Translations under genes and position numbers: made by a program
Shown here: positions 21,157-30,250 of the stretch, piece after piece
Numbering within the stretch: the first letter of the stretch is position 1
Layout of the letters: each line of letters starts with the position of its first letter
Notes under the pieces: generated by a model
Told to the model about the DNA's origin: nothing
What the model saw: only the letters and a program-made list of their open reading frames with translations
Databases searched by the model: none
Source of the DNA: Escherichia coli
Lineage (GTDB): Bacteria; Pseudomonadota; Gammaproteobacteria; Enterobacterales; Enterobacteriaceae
Assembly: GCF_001677475.2 (NCBI RefSeq)
Contig: NZ_CP015229.1
Length of the DNA stretch: 64,000 nt
Direction: 5' to 3' (one strand)

Positions 21157-21942
21157 ATGAACGCAGCACTATGGAGCAGCAAAACCGGCCTCTCAGCGCA
21201 GGATGCTGAAATGAGCGCGATTGCCAACAACATCGCCAACGTTAACACCACCGGCTTCAAGCGTGACCGGGTGATGTTTCAGGATCTGTTCTACCAGACC
21301 CAGGAAGCGCCGGGCGCGATGCTCGACCAGAACAACATCATGCCGACCGGGCTGCAATTCGGTAGCGGCGTGCGCATTGTCGGCACCCAAAAAACCTTCA
21401 CCGAAGGCAACGTCGAAACCACCGACAACGCGATGAATGTCGCCATTATGGGGCAGGGGTTTTTGCAGGTGCAAAAGGCTAATGGCGATATCGCCTATAC
21501 CCGCGACGGCAATTTGCAGGTGAACGCCGACGGCGTACTGACCAACTCGCAGGGCTTGCCGTTGCAGCCGGAAATCGATGTTCCGGCGGGGGCGACCAAT
21601 GTTGCGTTTGGCGAAGATGGTACGGTGACGGCGATTCTTCCTGGCGACAGCGACGTGACCGAGTTAGGGCAACTGACGCTGGTTAACTTCGCTAACCCGG
21701 CGGGGCTTTCCGCTGAGGGTGACAACCTCTATCTGGAAACCGCCGCCAGCGGTCAGCCGACCGAAGGTGTGCCGGGCGAAGATGGGCTTGGCACTTTGCA
21801 GGACAATGCACTGGAAGGCTCGAACGTGGATATCGTCAACGAAATGGTGGCGATGATTACGGTGCAACGCGCGTACGAGATGAACGCCAAAATGGTGTCG
21901 GCAGCGGACGATATGTTGCAGTACATCAGCCAGACGCTGTAA
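21157..21942 (+). CDS. lfgG: Flagellar basal-body rod protein FlgG homolog
   Basis: Start set to internal ATG (MNAALWSSKTGLSAQ...); upstream extension in ORF track reads through REP cluster. Confidence 0.85.
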   Translation: MNAALWSSKTGLSAQDAEMSAIANNIANVNTTGFKRDRVMFQDLFYQTQEAPGAMLDQNNIMPTGLQFGSGVRIVGTQKTFTEGNVETTDNAMNVAIMGQGFLQVQKANGDIAYTRDGNLQVNADGVLTNSQGLPLQPEIDVPAGATNVAFGEDGTVTAILPGDSDVTELGQLTLVNFANPAGLSAEGDNLYLETAASGQPTEGVPGEDGLGTLQDNALEGSNVDIVNEMVAMITVQRAYEMNAKMVSAADDMLQYISQTL

Positions 21943-21947
21943 GGGCG

Positions 21948-22082
21948 TGGGGGCAATGTGTGGCCTGATGCCCTCACCCCGGCCCTCTCCCACAGGGAGA
22001 GGGAGAAAAGCGGCGCACGATGTAACAACGCGCACAGGTCAGTCCCCTCGCCCCTTCGGGGAGAGGGTTAGGGTGAGGGGGA
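21948..22082. repeat. GC-rich ~130-bp nested-palindrome intergenic repeat, copy 2
   Basis: Near-identical to copies at 14597 and 24236. Confidence 0.8.
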
Positions 22083-22148
22083 ACAAACAGCTCCGCACCC
22101 ACCAAACAACCGGCCACCCCGTGGCCTGCAACACTAAACAGGCAGAAC

Positions 22149-22814
22149 GTGAAAAATTATCTCTGGCTGGTGGCACTGCTTCCCCTGCTTAGCGGGTGTG
22201 AATCGCAGGCTATTCTGGTCAAAAAAGACGACGCATACTTTGCGCCACCGAAAACCGAAGCGCCGCCTCCGGCAGACGGGCGTGCCGGAGGCGTGTTTGA
22301 AACTGGCTACAACTGGTCGCTCACCGCCGACCGACGAGCTTACCGTGTGGGCGATATCCTGACGGTGATTCTCGAAGAATCGACCCAGTCGAGCAAACAG
22401 GCGAAAACCAACTTTGGCAAAAGCAACAGTGTCGATATCACCGCGCCAACGGTATTCGGTCACACCAAAAATAAGCTTTCCGGTTCCATCGACGCCAACC
22501 GCGACTTTGACGGCAGCGCCACCTCCCAGCAGCAGAATAGCCTGCGCGGGGAGATCACCGTTTCCGTCCATGCGGTGCAGCCCAACGGCATCCTGGAAAT
22601 TCGCGGCGAGAAATGGCTCACCCTCAACCAGGGTGATGAGTACATCCGCTTGAGCGGCCTGGTACGCGCCGATGATATCCAGAACGACAACTCGGTTTCC
22701 TCCCAGCGGATCGCCGATGCCCGCATCTCCTATGCCGGACGCGGCGCGTTAAGCGACGCCAACGCCGCAGGTTGGCTGACGCGGCTGTTTAACCATCCTC
22801 TGTTCCCGATTTAA
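22149..22814 (+). CDS. lfgH: Flagellar L-ring lipoprotein FlgH homolog
   Basis: Lipobox LLSGC after signal peptide; GTG start. Confidence 0.85.
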   Translation: MKNYLWLVALLPLLSGCESQAILVKKDDAYFAPPKTEAPPPADGRAGGVFETGYNWSLTADRRAYRVGDILTVILEESTQSSKQAKTNFGKSNSVDITAPTVFGHTKNKLSGSIDANRDFDGSATSQQQNSLRGEITVSVHAVQPNGILEIRGEKWLTLNQGDEYIRLSGLVRADDIQNDNSVSSQRIADARISYAGRGALSDANAAGWLTRLFNHPLFPI

Positions 22815-23929
22815 TGCCGGAGAGTGCAATGCAAAACTGGATAAAGACGGTGATGATCGCCGTAAGCCTGGTGCTGCCCGGCGTGGCGCTGGCGCAATCG
22901 CTGGAGTCGCTGGTCAACGTACAGGGCGTGCGTGAAAACCAACTGGTCGGCTATAGCCTGGTGGTCGGCCTTGACGGCACTGGCGATAAAAACCAGGTCA
23001 AATTCACTAACCAGACCATCACCAATATGCTGCGCCAGTTTGGCGTGCAACTGCCGAATAAAATCGACCCGAAGGTGAAAAACGTCGCCGCGGTGGCGGT
23101 GAGCGCCACGCTGCCGCCGATGTACTCGCGCGGGCAAACCATTGACGTCACCGTCTCGTCGATTGGCGATGCCAAAAGTATTCGCGGCGGCACTTTGCTG
23201 CTGACCCAACTGCACGGCGCAGATGGCGAAGTTTATGCCCTGGCGCAGGGTAGCGTGGTGGTCGGCGGGATGAATGCCACCGGGGCCAGCGGCTCAAGCG
23301 TAACGGTTAATACGCCAACCGCCGGGTTAATTCCCAACGGCGCGACGGTGGAGCGCGAGATCCCCAGCGATTTTCAGATGGGCGATACCATCACCCTCAA
23401 CCTGAAACGTCCGTCGTTTAAAGATGCCAACCACATTGCAGCAGCGATCAACGCCTCGTTTGGCGGCATCGCCACCGCGCAGAGTTCCACCAACGTTACC
23501 GTGCGTGCCCCCACCAGCCCCGGCGCGCGGGTGGCGTTTATGTCGCAACTGGATGATGTGCAGGTGCAGGCGGAGAAAATCCGCGCCCGCGTGGTGTTTA
23601 ACTCACGCACCGGCACGGTGGTAATGGGTGACGGTATCGCGTTGCATGCGGCGGCGGTGTCGCACGGCAGTCTTACTGTCTCGATTAACGAAACCAGCAA
23701 CGTCAGCCAGCCGAATGCCTTTGCCGGTGGGCGCACGGCGGTGACGCCGCAGAGCAATATCGCGGTGAATCATGCGCGCCCTGGCGTGGTGAGCTTGCCG
23801 GAGTCGAGCAGCCTGAAAACGCTGGTGAATGCCCTGAACAGTTTAGGCGCAACGCCGGACGACATTATGTCGATTTTGCAGGCGCTGCATGAAGCGGGCG
23901 CGCTGGATGCCGACCTGGAGGTGATCTGA
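22814..23929 (+). CDS. lfgI: Flagellar P-ring protein FlgI homolog
   Basis: 371 aa with signal peptide. Confidence 0.85.
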   Translation: MPESAMQNWIKTVMIAVSLVLPGVALAQSLESLVNVQGVRENQLVGYSLVVGLDGTGDKNQVKFTNQTITNMLRQFGVQLPNKIDPKVKNVAAVAVSATLPPMYSRGQTIDVTVSSIGDAKSIRGGTLLLTQLHGADGEVYALAQGSVVVGGMNATGASGSSVTVNTPTAGLIPNGATVEREIPSDFQMGDTITLNLKRPSFKDANHIAAAINASFGGIATAQSSTNVTVRAPTSPGARVAFMSQLDDVQVQAEKIRARVVFNSRTGTVVMGDGIALHAAAVSHGSLTVSINETSNVSQPNAFAGGRTAVTPQSNIAVNHARPGVVSLPESSSLKTLVNALNSLGATPDDIMSILQALHEAGALDADLEVI

Positions 23930-24228
23930 TGAAAGTGAACGCCAGCGGTGGGATTGACGGCAGCGACGCGTTAATGGGGCCGAAGGTTCAGGCCAATGAT
24001 ATCAAGCAGGCCGCGGAACAGTTCGAGGCGATTTTTTTACGCAACATGTTGAAAGAGATGCGTAAAACCAACGAGTTGTTTGATTCGAAAGATAACCCAT
24101 TTAACAGCGATTCGGTGCGCATGATGCAGGGGTTTTATGACGATGAGTTGTGTAACACCCTGGCGCAGCAGCACGGGATTGGGATTGCGGCGATGATTGT
24201 AAAGCAGTTGTCGCCGAAGGGGAAATGA
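23929..24228 (+). CDS. lfgJ: Short FlgJ-like rod-binding protein (no muramidase domain)
   Basis: 99 aa, position between flgI and flgK homologs. Confidence 0.65.
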   Translation: MKVNASGGIDGSDALMGPKVQANDIKQAAEQFEAIFLRNMLKEMRKTNELFDSKDNPFNSDSVRMMQGFYDDELCNTLAQQHGIGIAAMIVKQLSPKGK

Positions 24229-24235
24229 GGGGAGG

Positions 24236-24366
24236 TGCACGCTGATGCCCTCACCCCGGCCCTCTCACTAGGAGAGGGAGCAGACTGGTGCCGTATTTAA
24301 CAATGTGCTCGATCGGTCCCCTCTCCCTTGAGGGAGAGGGTTAGGGTGAGGGGGCAATGCGCCCAC
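24236..24366. repeat. GC-rich ~130-bp nested-palindrome intergenic repeat, copy 3
   Basis: Near-identical to copies at 14597 and 21948. Confidence 0.8.
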
Positions 24367-24436
24367 CATTACCCACTTAAGAATCCACAACCTAACGCCG
24401 CTTTTAACCGGCACGATTTACCGGTAAGGATCCAAC

Positions 24437-25804
24437 ATGGACATGATTAACATCGGCTACAGCGGCGCATCAACGGCGCAGGTGGAGCTGAACGTCACGG
24501 CGCAAAACACCGCTAACGCCATGACCACGGGCTATACCCGCCAGGTGGCGGAGATCAGCACCATCGGTGCCAGCGGCGGTTCGCCGAACAGCGCCGGTAA
24601 CGGCGTACAGGTGGACAGCATTCGCCGCGTCTCCAACCAGTATCAGGTGTGGTATGCCGCCAGCGATTACGGCTATTACAGCACCCAGCAGGGGTATCTC
24701 AGCCAACTGGAAGCGGTACTAAGCGACGATAACAGCAGCCTGAGCGGCGGCTTCGATAACTTCTTCGCCGCCCTTAACGAAGCGACCACCAGCCCCGATG
24801 ATTCCGCCCTGCGCGAGCAGGTGATCAGCGAAGCCGGGGCGCTGTCGTTGCGTATCGATAACACGCTCGATTACGTCGACTCGCAAAGCACGGAAATCAT
24901 CAGCCAGCAGCAGGCGATGGTGTCGCAAATCAATACGCTCACCAGCGGCATCGCCAGCTATAACCAGCAAATCGCTCAGGCCGAAGCCAACGGCGATAAC
25001 GCCTCCGCGCTGTACGACGCCCGCGACCAGATGGTGGAAGAACTCAGCGGGATGATGGATGTGCAGGTCAATATCGACGACCAGGGCAACTACAACGTCA
25101 CCCTGCAAAACGGTCAGCCGCTGGTGAGCGGGCAGCAAAGCTCGACCATCGCGCTGGAAACCAACGCCGATGGCACGCCGACCATGTCGCTGACGTTCGC
25201 TGGCACCACCTCGACGATGACCACCGACACCGGCGGTTCATTAGGCGCACTGTTTGATTATCAAAACGATGTGCTGTCGCCGCTAACCGACACCATCAAC
25301 AGCATGGCGTCGCAGTTCGCCGATGCGGTCAACAACCAGCTGGCGCAGGGCTACGATCTCAACGGTAACCCCGGCGAGCCGCTGTTTATTTACGATGCCA
25401 GTAATGCCGATGGCCCGCTGACCGTCAACCCGGATATCACCGCCGACGAACTGGCGTTCTCCAGTTCGCCGGACGAAAGCGGCAACAGCGACAACCTGCA
25501 GGCGCTGATCAACATCTCCACCGAACCGCTGGAGATAGCCAACCTTGGCAGCGTGACGGTTGGGCAGGCGTGCTCGTCAATCATCAGCAATATCGGCATT
25601 TACAGTCAGCAAAATCAGACGGAAGTCGATGCCGCGTCCAATGTCTATTCCGCAGCGCAAAACCAGCAGAGCAGCGTCAGCGGCGTCAGCATGGACGAAG
25701 AGGCGGTGAACCTGATCACTTATCAACAAATTTATGAAGCCAATCTGAAAGTCATTTCCGCCGGGGCCGAGATTTTCGATTCGGTGCTGGAAATGTGCAG
25801 CTAA
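24437..25804 (+). CDS. lfgK: Flagellar hook-associated protein 1 FlgK homolog
   Basis: 455 aa; flg N-terminal helix motif. Confidence 0.8.
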   Translation: MDMINIGYSGASTAQVELNVTAQNTANAMTTGYTRQVAEISTIGASGGSPNSAGNGVQVDSIRRVSNQYQVWYAASDYGYYSTQQGYLSQLEAVLSDDNSSLSGGFDNFFAALNEATTSPDDSALREQVISEAGALSLRIDNTLDYVDSQSTEIISQQQAMVSQINTLTSGIASYNQQIAQAEANGDNASALYDARDQMVEELSGMMDVQVNIDDQGNYNVTLQNGQPLVSGQQSSTIALETNADGTPTMSLTFAGTTSTMTTDTGGSLGALFDYQNDVLSPLTDTINSMASQFADAVNNQLAQGYDLNGNPGEPLFIYDASNADGPLTVNPDITADELAFSSSPDESGNSDNLQALINISTEPLEIANLGSVTVGQACSSIISNIGIYSQQNQTEVDAASNVYSAAQNQQSSVSGVSMDEEAVNLITYQQIYEANLKVISAGAEIFDSVLEMCS

Positions 25805-26748
25805 GCGGGAGCGCGAAAATGCGAGTAACCACCCAACAAACCTACGTCTCGATGACGCAAAGTTTTAATAATCTCTCCGGCGATCTGGCGCATGTGGTCG
25901 AGCAGATGGCAACCGGTAAGGAAATTTTGCAGCCGTCCGATGACCCGATCGCCGCCACGCGCATCACCCAGTTAAACCGCCAGCAGTCAGCGATTGAGCA
26001 GTATCAGAGCAATATCGACTCCGCGTCGGCGGGGTTAAGTCAGCAGGAGTCGATTCTTGATGGCGTCAACAACAGCCTGCTGGCGGTGCGCGATGACCTG
26101 CTGGAAGCGGCGAACGGCACCAATACTGCCGACTCGCTCGCAAGCTTCGGGCAGGATATTGAGTCGCTCACCGAATCAATGGTCGCGGCGCTGAACTATC
26201 AGGACGAAGACGGGCATTACGTGTTTGGCGGCACCATCAACGATCAGCCGCCGATTGTTGCGGTGGACGATGACGGCGATGGTGTCACCGACAGCTACAG
26301 CTATCAGGGCAACAGCGACCACCGCCAGACCACCGTGTCGAACGGCGTGGAAGTGGACACCAACGTGGCGGCGAGCGATTTCTTTGGCAGCAATTTAGAT
26401 GTGCTCAATACGCTGAATTCCCTGTCGCAGGAGCTGCAAAACCCGGACGTTGACCCCGCCGATCCGCAGGTGCAGAGCGATATTCAGAACGCCGTTGATG
26501 TGGTGGACACCGCCTCAGACAACCTCAATGCTTCGATTGCTTCGCTTGGCGAGACGCAGAATACCATGTCGATGTTGAGCGATGCGCAGACGGATATCTC
26601 TACTTCGAATGATGAGTTGATTGGCTCTTTACAGGATCTCGATTACGGCCCGGCGTCGATCACCTTTACCGGACTGGAAGTGGCAATGGAAGCTACCCTC
26701 AAGACTTACTCGAAAGTGAGTGAGTTGAATTTGTTCAGCGTTCTCTAA
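25795..26748 (+). CDS. lfgL: Flagellar hook-associated protein 3 FlgL homolog
   Basis: 317 aa flagellin-like terminal helices; alternative start ATG 25819. Confidence 0.75.
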   Translation: MQLSGSAKMRVTTQQTYVSMTQSFNNLSGDLAHVVEQMATGKEILQPSDDPIAATRITQLNRQQSAIEQYQSNIDSASAGLSQQESILDGVNNSLLAVRDDLLEAANGTNTADSLASFGQDIESLTESMVAALNYQDEDGHYVFGGTINDQPPIVAVDDDGDGVTDSYSYQGNSDHRQTTVSNGVEVDTNVAASDFFGSNLDVLNTLNSLSQELQNPDVDPADPQVQSDIQNAVDVVDTASDNLNASIASLGETQNTMSMLSDAQTDISTSNDELIGSLQDLDYGPASITFTGLEVAMEATLKTYSKVSELNLFSVL

Positions 26749-26764
26749 CTCTTTCAGGAACAGT

Positions 26765-27742
26765 ATGCAGGTCGGACTTACATCTTCATCACTCGCCACC
26801 GGCGGGGCGCATAGCGCTGCGGTATCGTCGTCAACCGTTGCGCCCACTCAGGCGGTGCGGCAAAAGCTCCCGGCGACGGCGAGTGAATATCCGGCCTCGC
26901 CGCTGATTACCACTCGCCCGCAGCGTTACAGCGTGCAGCTTAACGATCAGCTCACCACGTTGCAGCAGGCGGATCACTATCTCGGGCAACTGGAGCAGCA
27001 GTTGCTCGATTACCGTCACAGCCAGCGTAAGGGCGGGCAGGCGCAGAGTACGGCGCTGATGCAGATGCTGGACAAACGCACCGCGCTTTCCGGCGGTGCG
27101 GTGGACCGTCAGTTGCAGCCGGTGTTGCAGGGGGAAGCGCGGGTGACCTTTCACTCGCCGGATCTGGCGAGTCTGGTGCACAACCCCACGCCGGGAACGC
27201 GGATGTTCAGTGTCTCTGACGGGCGGCAGACCCAGCTTTCGGCGGTGATGCTGTCTGAGGATGACAGCGCTGGGCAGTACCAGACGCGGCTGACCAACGC
27301 CCTGCGCCGCGTGGGCGTGCAACTGCATCAGCAAGCGGACGGCATCAGCTTCTCCACCACTGAAAAACAGTGGCCCCATATCGAGCGCACCTTAAGCGTG
27401 CGCACCGATGGTGATAAGTCGGCGTTTATGCCGCTAAAAACCTTTGCCGAACCATCACAGGCGGACCGCTTTGCGCAAAGCCTGCAACAGGGTGGGGCGG
27501 GGATTTCCCAGACGTTAGAAGGCATTAATCAGCAGCGCGCGCAGATGGCGGTGCAGCAGGAAAAAGCCCGCCAGTTGATCGACGGCATGTCACGCTTCCC
27601 GCAAACGGAAAACGCGGTGCAGGCATCGGAGAACCTTGGCGGCGTGCTGGATAGCGCCAATCATAACTATCATGTTTTATTGCAGGCGGTGAACGGTCAG
27701 GCGCGAATTTCCAGCCAGACGGTGAGGAATTTATTGGGGTAA
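26765..27742 (+). CDS. lafW: Lateral flagellar protein LafW-like, function unknown
   Basis: 325 aa, Gln-rich; position after flgL homolog. Confidence 0.5.
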   Translation: MQVGLTSSSLATGGAHSAAVSSSTVAPTQAVRQKLPATASEYPASPLITTRPQRYSVQLNDQLTTLQQADHYLGQLEQQLLDYRHSQRKGGQAQSTALMQMLDKRTALSGGAVDRQLQPVLQGEARVTFHSPDLASLVHNPTPGTRMFSVSDGRQTQLSAVMLSEDDSAGQYQTRLTNALRRVGVQLHQQADGISFSTTEKQWPHIERTLSVRTDGDKSAFMPLKTFAEPSQADRFAQSLQQGGAGISQTLEGINQQRAQMAVQQEKARQLIDGMSRFPQTENAVQASENLGGVLDSANHNYHVLLQAVNGQARISSQTVRNLLG

Positions 27743-27747
27743 TTATC

Positions 27748-27788
27748 GGTTGGCCGGATAAGACGCCTTTAGCGTCGCATCCGGCATA
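27748..27788. repeat. REP palindromic unit
   Basis: ggccggataagacgcctttagcgtcgcatccggca. Confidence 0.75.
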
Positions 27789-27800
27789 TATTGGCACTTG

Positions 27801-28643
27801 TCAGCATTTCTGCACAGTATTTAACAACTTCTCTAAATTCTGATACATCGCGCTATTAATATCGCTGTTCTGCCACTCATCCACATTAAAGGTTAATTGC
27901 CAGCTGCCGTTGCACTGGTTACGCAGAACAATATCGCTTTCCAGTCGGTTACGAACATATTTATAATAGGTTGTCATTGTCATATTATGCGCTGACAATA
28001 AATTATCGAGTTTGTCTTTTCCTGGTGCAAGGGTTTGTGAAAGTAACGGTGCGGAGTTATTTTCTTTTCCAGAACTAAGATGAAATATTTTTATTCTTGG
28101 ACTGTTAATTGACTCTTTTACCAGTTGCGGGGCGTCAGGTGTATTTTTCAAGTGTGAATATCCCACGGTCGAGCCAATAAATATAACAGCTGCGGCTAAC
28201 GCTACCCCCATTATTCCTTTATGTTTTTTTCTAACAGGCACAGGCGGTGTTGTCGAAGATATCTCTTCTGGCACAGTTCCCTGTATCTGGTCGGTAATAA
28301 TCATCGCTTCTGCAGGCGATGACTCCGGCAAAGACACATACTCTTTATTGCACAAGTAACCTTTCTTCGGAATTGTTTTAATAATGTTCTGTTGTTTGCC
28401 ATCATCGTCGATAGCAACCCGCAACGCATGGATCGCCGTCGGCAGGCTGTTTCCGCCGACAATGCGGTTCTTCCATACTTCGGCACATAAATAAGATCGC
28501 GATAAAACCACATCGGCATTTTTTGCTAATGTTTCCAGCAAAATAAAATGGTATTCGCCGAGACGACGTGTTTCACCCGTTTCGCAATGTATTAAGGCAT
28601 TAAGCGACGGGTCCATCCGCCAGTTGTTGATAATAATACTCAT
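27801..28643 (-). CDS. lafZ: ToxR/CadC-like membrane-anchored transcriptional regulator (winged-helix DNA-binding domain + single TM)
   Basis: OmpR/PhoB-type wHTH-like N-term, TM segment GVALAAAVIFIGSTVGY; start set to internal ATG (MSIIINNW...). Confidence 0.6.
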   Translation of the reverse strand: MSIIINNWRMDPSLNALIHCETGETRRLGEYHFILLETLAKNADVVLSRSYLCAEVWKNRIVGGNSLPTAIHALRVAIDDDGKQQNIIKTIPKKGYLCNKEYVSLPESSPAEAMIITDQIQGTVPEEISSTTPPVPVRKKHKGIMGVALAAAVIFIGSTVGYSHLKNTPDAPQLVKESINSPRIKIFHLSSGKENNSAPLLSQTLAPGKDKLDNLLSAHNMTMTTYYKYVRNRLESDIVLRNQCNGSWQLTFNVDEWQNSDINSAMYQNLEKLLNTVQKC

Positions 28644-29128
28644 AGTTGAGTTTACCTTAGCAAGGGATAAATGTTTCCTGATAGTGCTTTGCATAAAGCA
28701 CAGTCTTATACGTCCCTGAGAAGATGATTTTTCTGCGTGATAATTAATATTTTATGGTAATAGGATTATTCTTAATCACTATATGGCGTGGAAATGTAAC
28801 GAAATGACAGGATAGGTACAATAGCCAAATGTGTACTATTTGCAACGCAATGTAAATTTTGGCATCAGTACATTGAGAAGAAAACGCGTTAATTGATGGT
28901 AATCTTAACTATATCAAGCGTTTGATAAAGACATATTTTGATACCTGGCCATGTGGCAGATATTGCTAATAATCTTTTTATCTGAATTTAAACTCTGCTT
29001 TCTTTTAGCTAAAAGTGGCATCGGATAATACGTAGCGAATTTTTTTCATAGCGGTTTTAAGTTTGCTCCCGAGGTGTCGTTTTTACAGGGTATCGAAACG
29101 AAAACGATTAATCCCAAGGAGCAGTATC

Positions 29129-30043
29129 ATGTTATCTATTAACACCAATAACGCCTCAATGGCCGCCGTTAATGCAATCAGCAAAAGCAGCTCTTCTCTG
29201 TCTACATCTATGGAACGCCTGGCAACGGGTAACCGGATTAACTCTTCAGCAGATGATGCGGCGGGCAAACAGATTGCTAACCGTTTAACTGCACAGTCCA
29301 GCGGTATGGGCGTGGCGCTGAGCAACATTAACGATGCCACCGCGATGCTGCAAACCGCTGACAGCATGTTCGACGAAATGTCTGACGTGCTGGGGCGTAT
29401 GAAAGACCTGTCAACTCAGGCAGCGAACGGCACCTACAGCGACGACGACCTGCAGGCGATGCAGGACGAATACGACGAACTGGGTCAGCAGATGTCTGAC
29501 ATGCTGCAAAACACCACCTACGGCGGCACCAACCTGTTCGGTGTTTCCGGCACCAGCAACACCGGTACTGACGGCTTGTTCCAGAGCGCGGTAACTTTCC
29601 AGGTGGGCGCGGAATCTTCTGACACCATGACCGTGAATATTTCAAGCCAACTGAATACGCTGGTGACTGACCTTTCTGCGATCAGCAACTCCTTTAGCGC
29701 GGATCAGGCAGACACCACGGGTACTGCGGGCGTTTCTGGCGGTACTGAACTGACCGCGTCTGGCTCGGCTAACCAGATGATCACCAGCATTTCTACCGCG
29801 ATGGATGATGTTTCTCAGATCCAGTCCAAGCTGGGTGCGTCTATCAACCGTCTGAACGATACCGCCAACAACCTGACCAGTATGCAGGACAACACCGAAG
29901 TCGCTATCGGTAACATTATGGATACCGACTACGCGACGGAAGCGTCCAACATGACCAAACAGCAGGTGCTGATGCAGACCGGCATCACCATGCTGAAACA
30001 GTCCAACAGCATGTCCAGCATGGTTTCCAGCCTGCTGCAGTAA
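29129..30043 (+). CDS. lafA: Lateral flagellin LafA
   Basis: Flagellin N-term (NTNNASMAAVNAISKSSSSL) and C-term (LMQTGITMLKQSNSMSSMVSSLLQ); RBS aagga before ATG 29129. Confidence 0.9.
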   Translation: MLSINTNNASMAAVNAISKSSSSLSTSMERLATGNRINSSADDAAGKQIANRLTAQSSGMGVALSNINDATAMLQTADSMFDEMSDVLGRMKDLSTQAANGTYSDDDLQAMQDEYDELGQQMSDMLQNTTYGGTNLFGVSGTSNTGTDGLFQSAVTFQVGAESSDTMTVNISSQLNTLVTDLSAISNSFSADQADTTGTAGVSGGTELTASGSANQMITSISTAMDDVSQIQSKLGASINRLNDTANNLTSMQDNTEVAIGNIMDTDYATEASNMTKQQVLMQTGITMLKQSNSMSSMVSSLLQ

Positions 30044-30048
30044 TGGCG

Positions 30049-30088
30049 GACTTGCCGGATGCGGCGTGAACGCCTTATCCGGCCTACA
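30049..30088. repeat. REP palindromic unit
   Basis: gccggatgcggcgtgaacgccttatccggcctac. Confidence 0.8.
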
Positions 30089-30092
30089 AACA

Positions 30093-30121
30093 ACACCGCC
30101 TGTGGGCGGTGTTGTGCTTTT
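30093..30121 (+). terminator. Candidate rho-independent terminator after lafA
   Basis: Hairpin acaccgcc-tgtg-ggcggtgt followed by T-rich tract. Confidence 0.6.
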
Positions 30122-30203
30122 GGCGGCAGGCTTTTTTCCGTCGAACCGGAAACACGCTTTCCGCCTCATTTTTCAATCTCTTGATTATTCACATAAAAAT
30201 TAT

Positions 30204-30218
30204 TGGCACGCCTTTTGC
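30204..30218 (+). promoter_or_regulatory. Candidate sigma-54 promoter (TGGCAC-N5-TTGC) upstream of lafB
   Basis: tggcacgccttttgcc ~30 bp upstream of lafB start. Confidence 0.55.
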
Positions 30219-30250
30219 CAATAACCTGACATCGTTATCCGGAGTCATCA

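Noticed and set aside
14597-24366. Possible CRISPR array suggested by repeated GC-rich palindromes
   Set aside because: Only three copies, ~130 bp long, kilobases apart with genes between them; no short regularly spaced repeat-spacer structure and no cas genes.
28981-29030. Sigma-28 promoter upstream of lafA (TAAA ... cggataa)
   Set aside because: The spacing between the TAAA-like and CGGATAA-like elements does not fit the TAAAGTTT-N11-GCCGATAA consensus.
29063-29128. N-terminal extension of lafA ORF
   Set aside because: Flagellin conserved N-terminus begins at the internal Met with a good RBS; extension has none.
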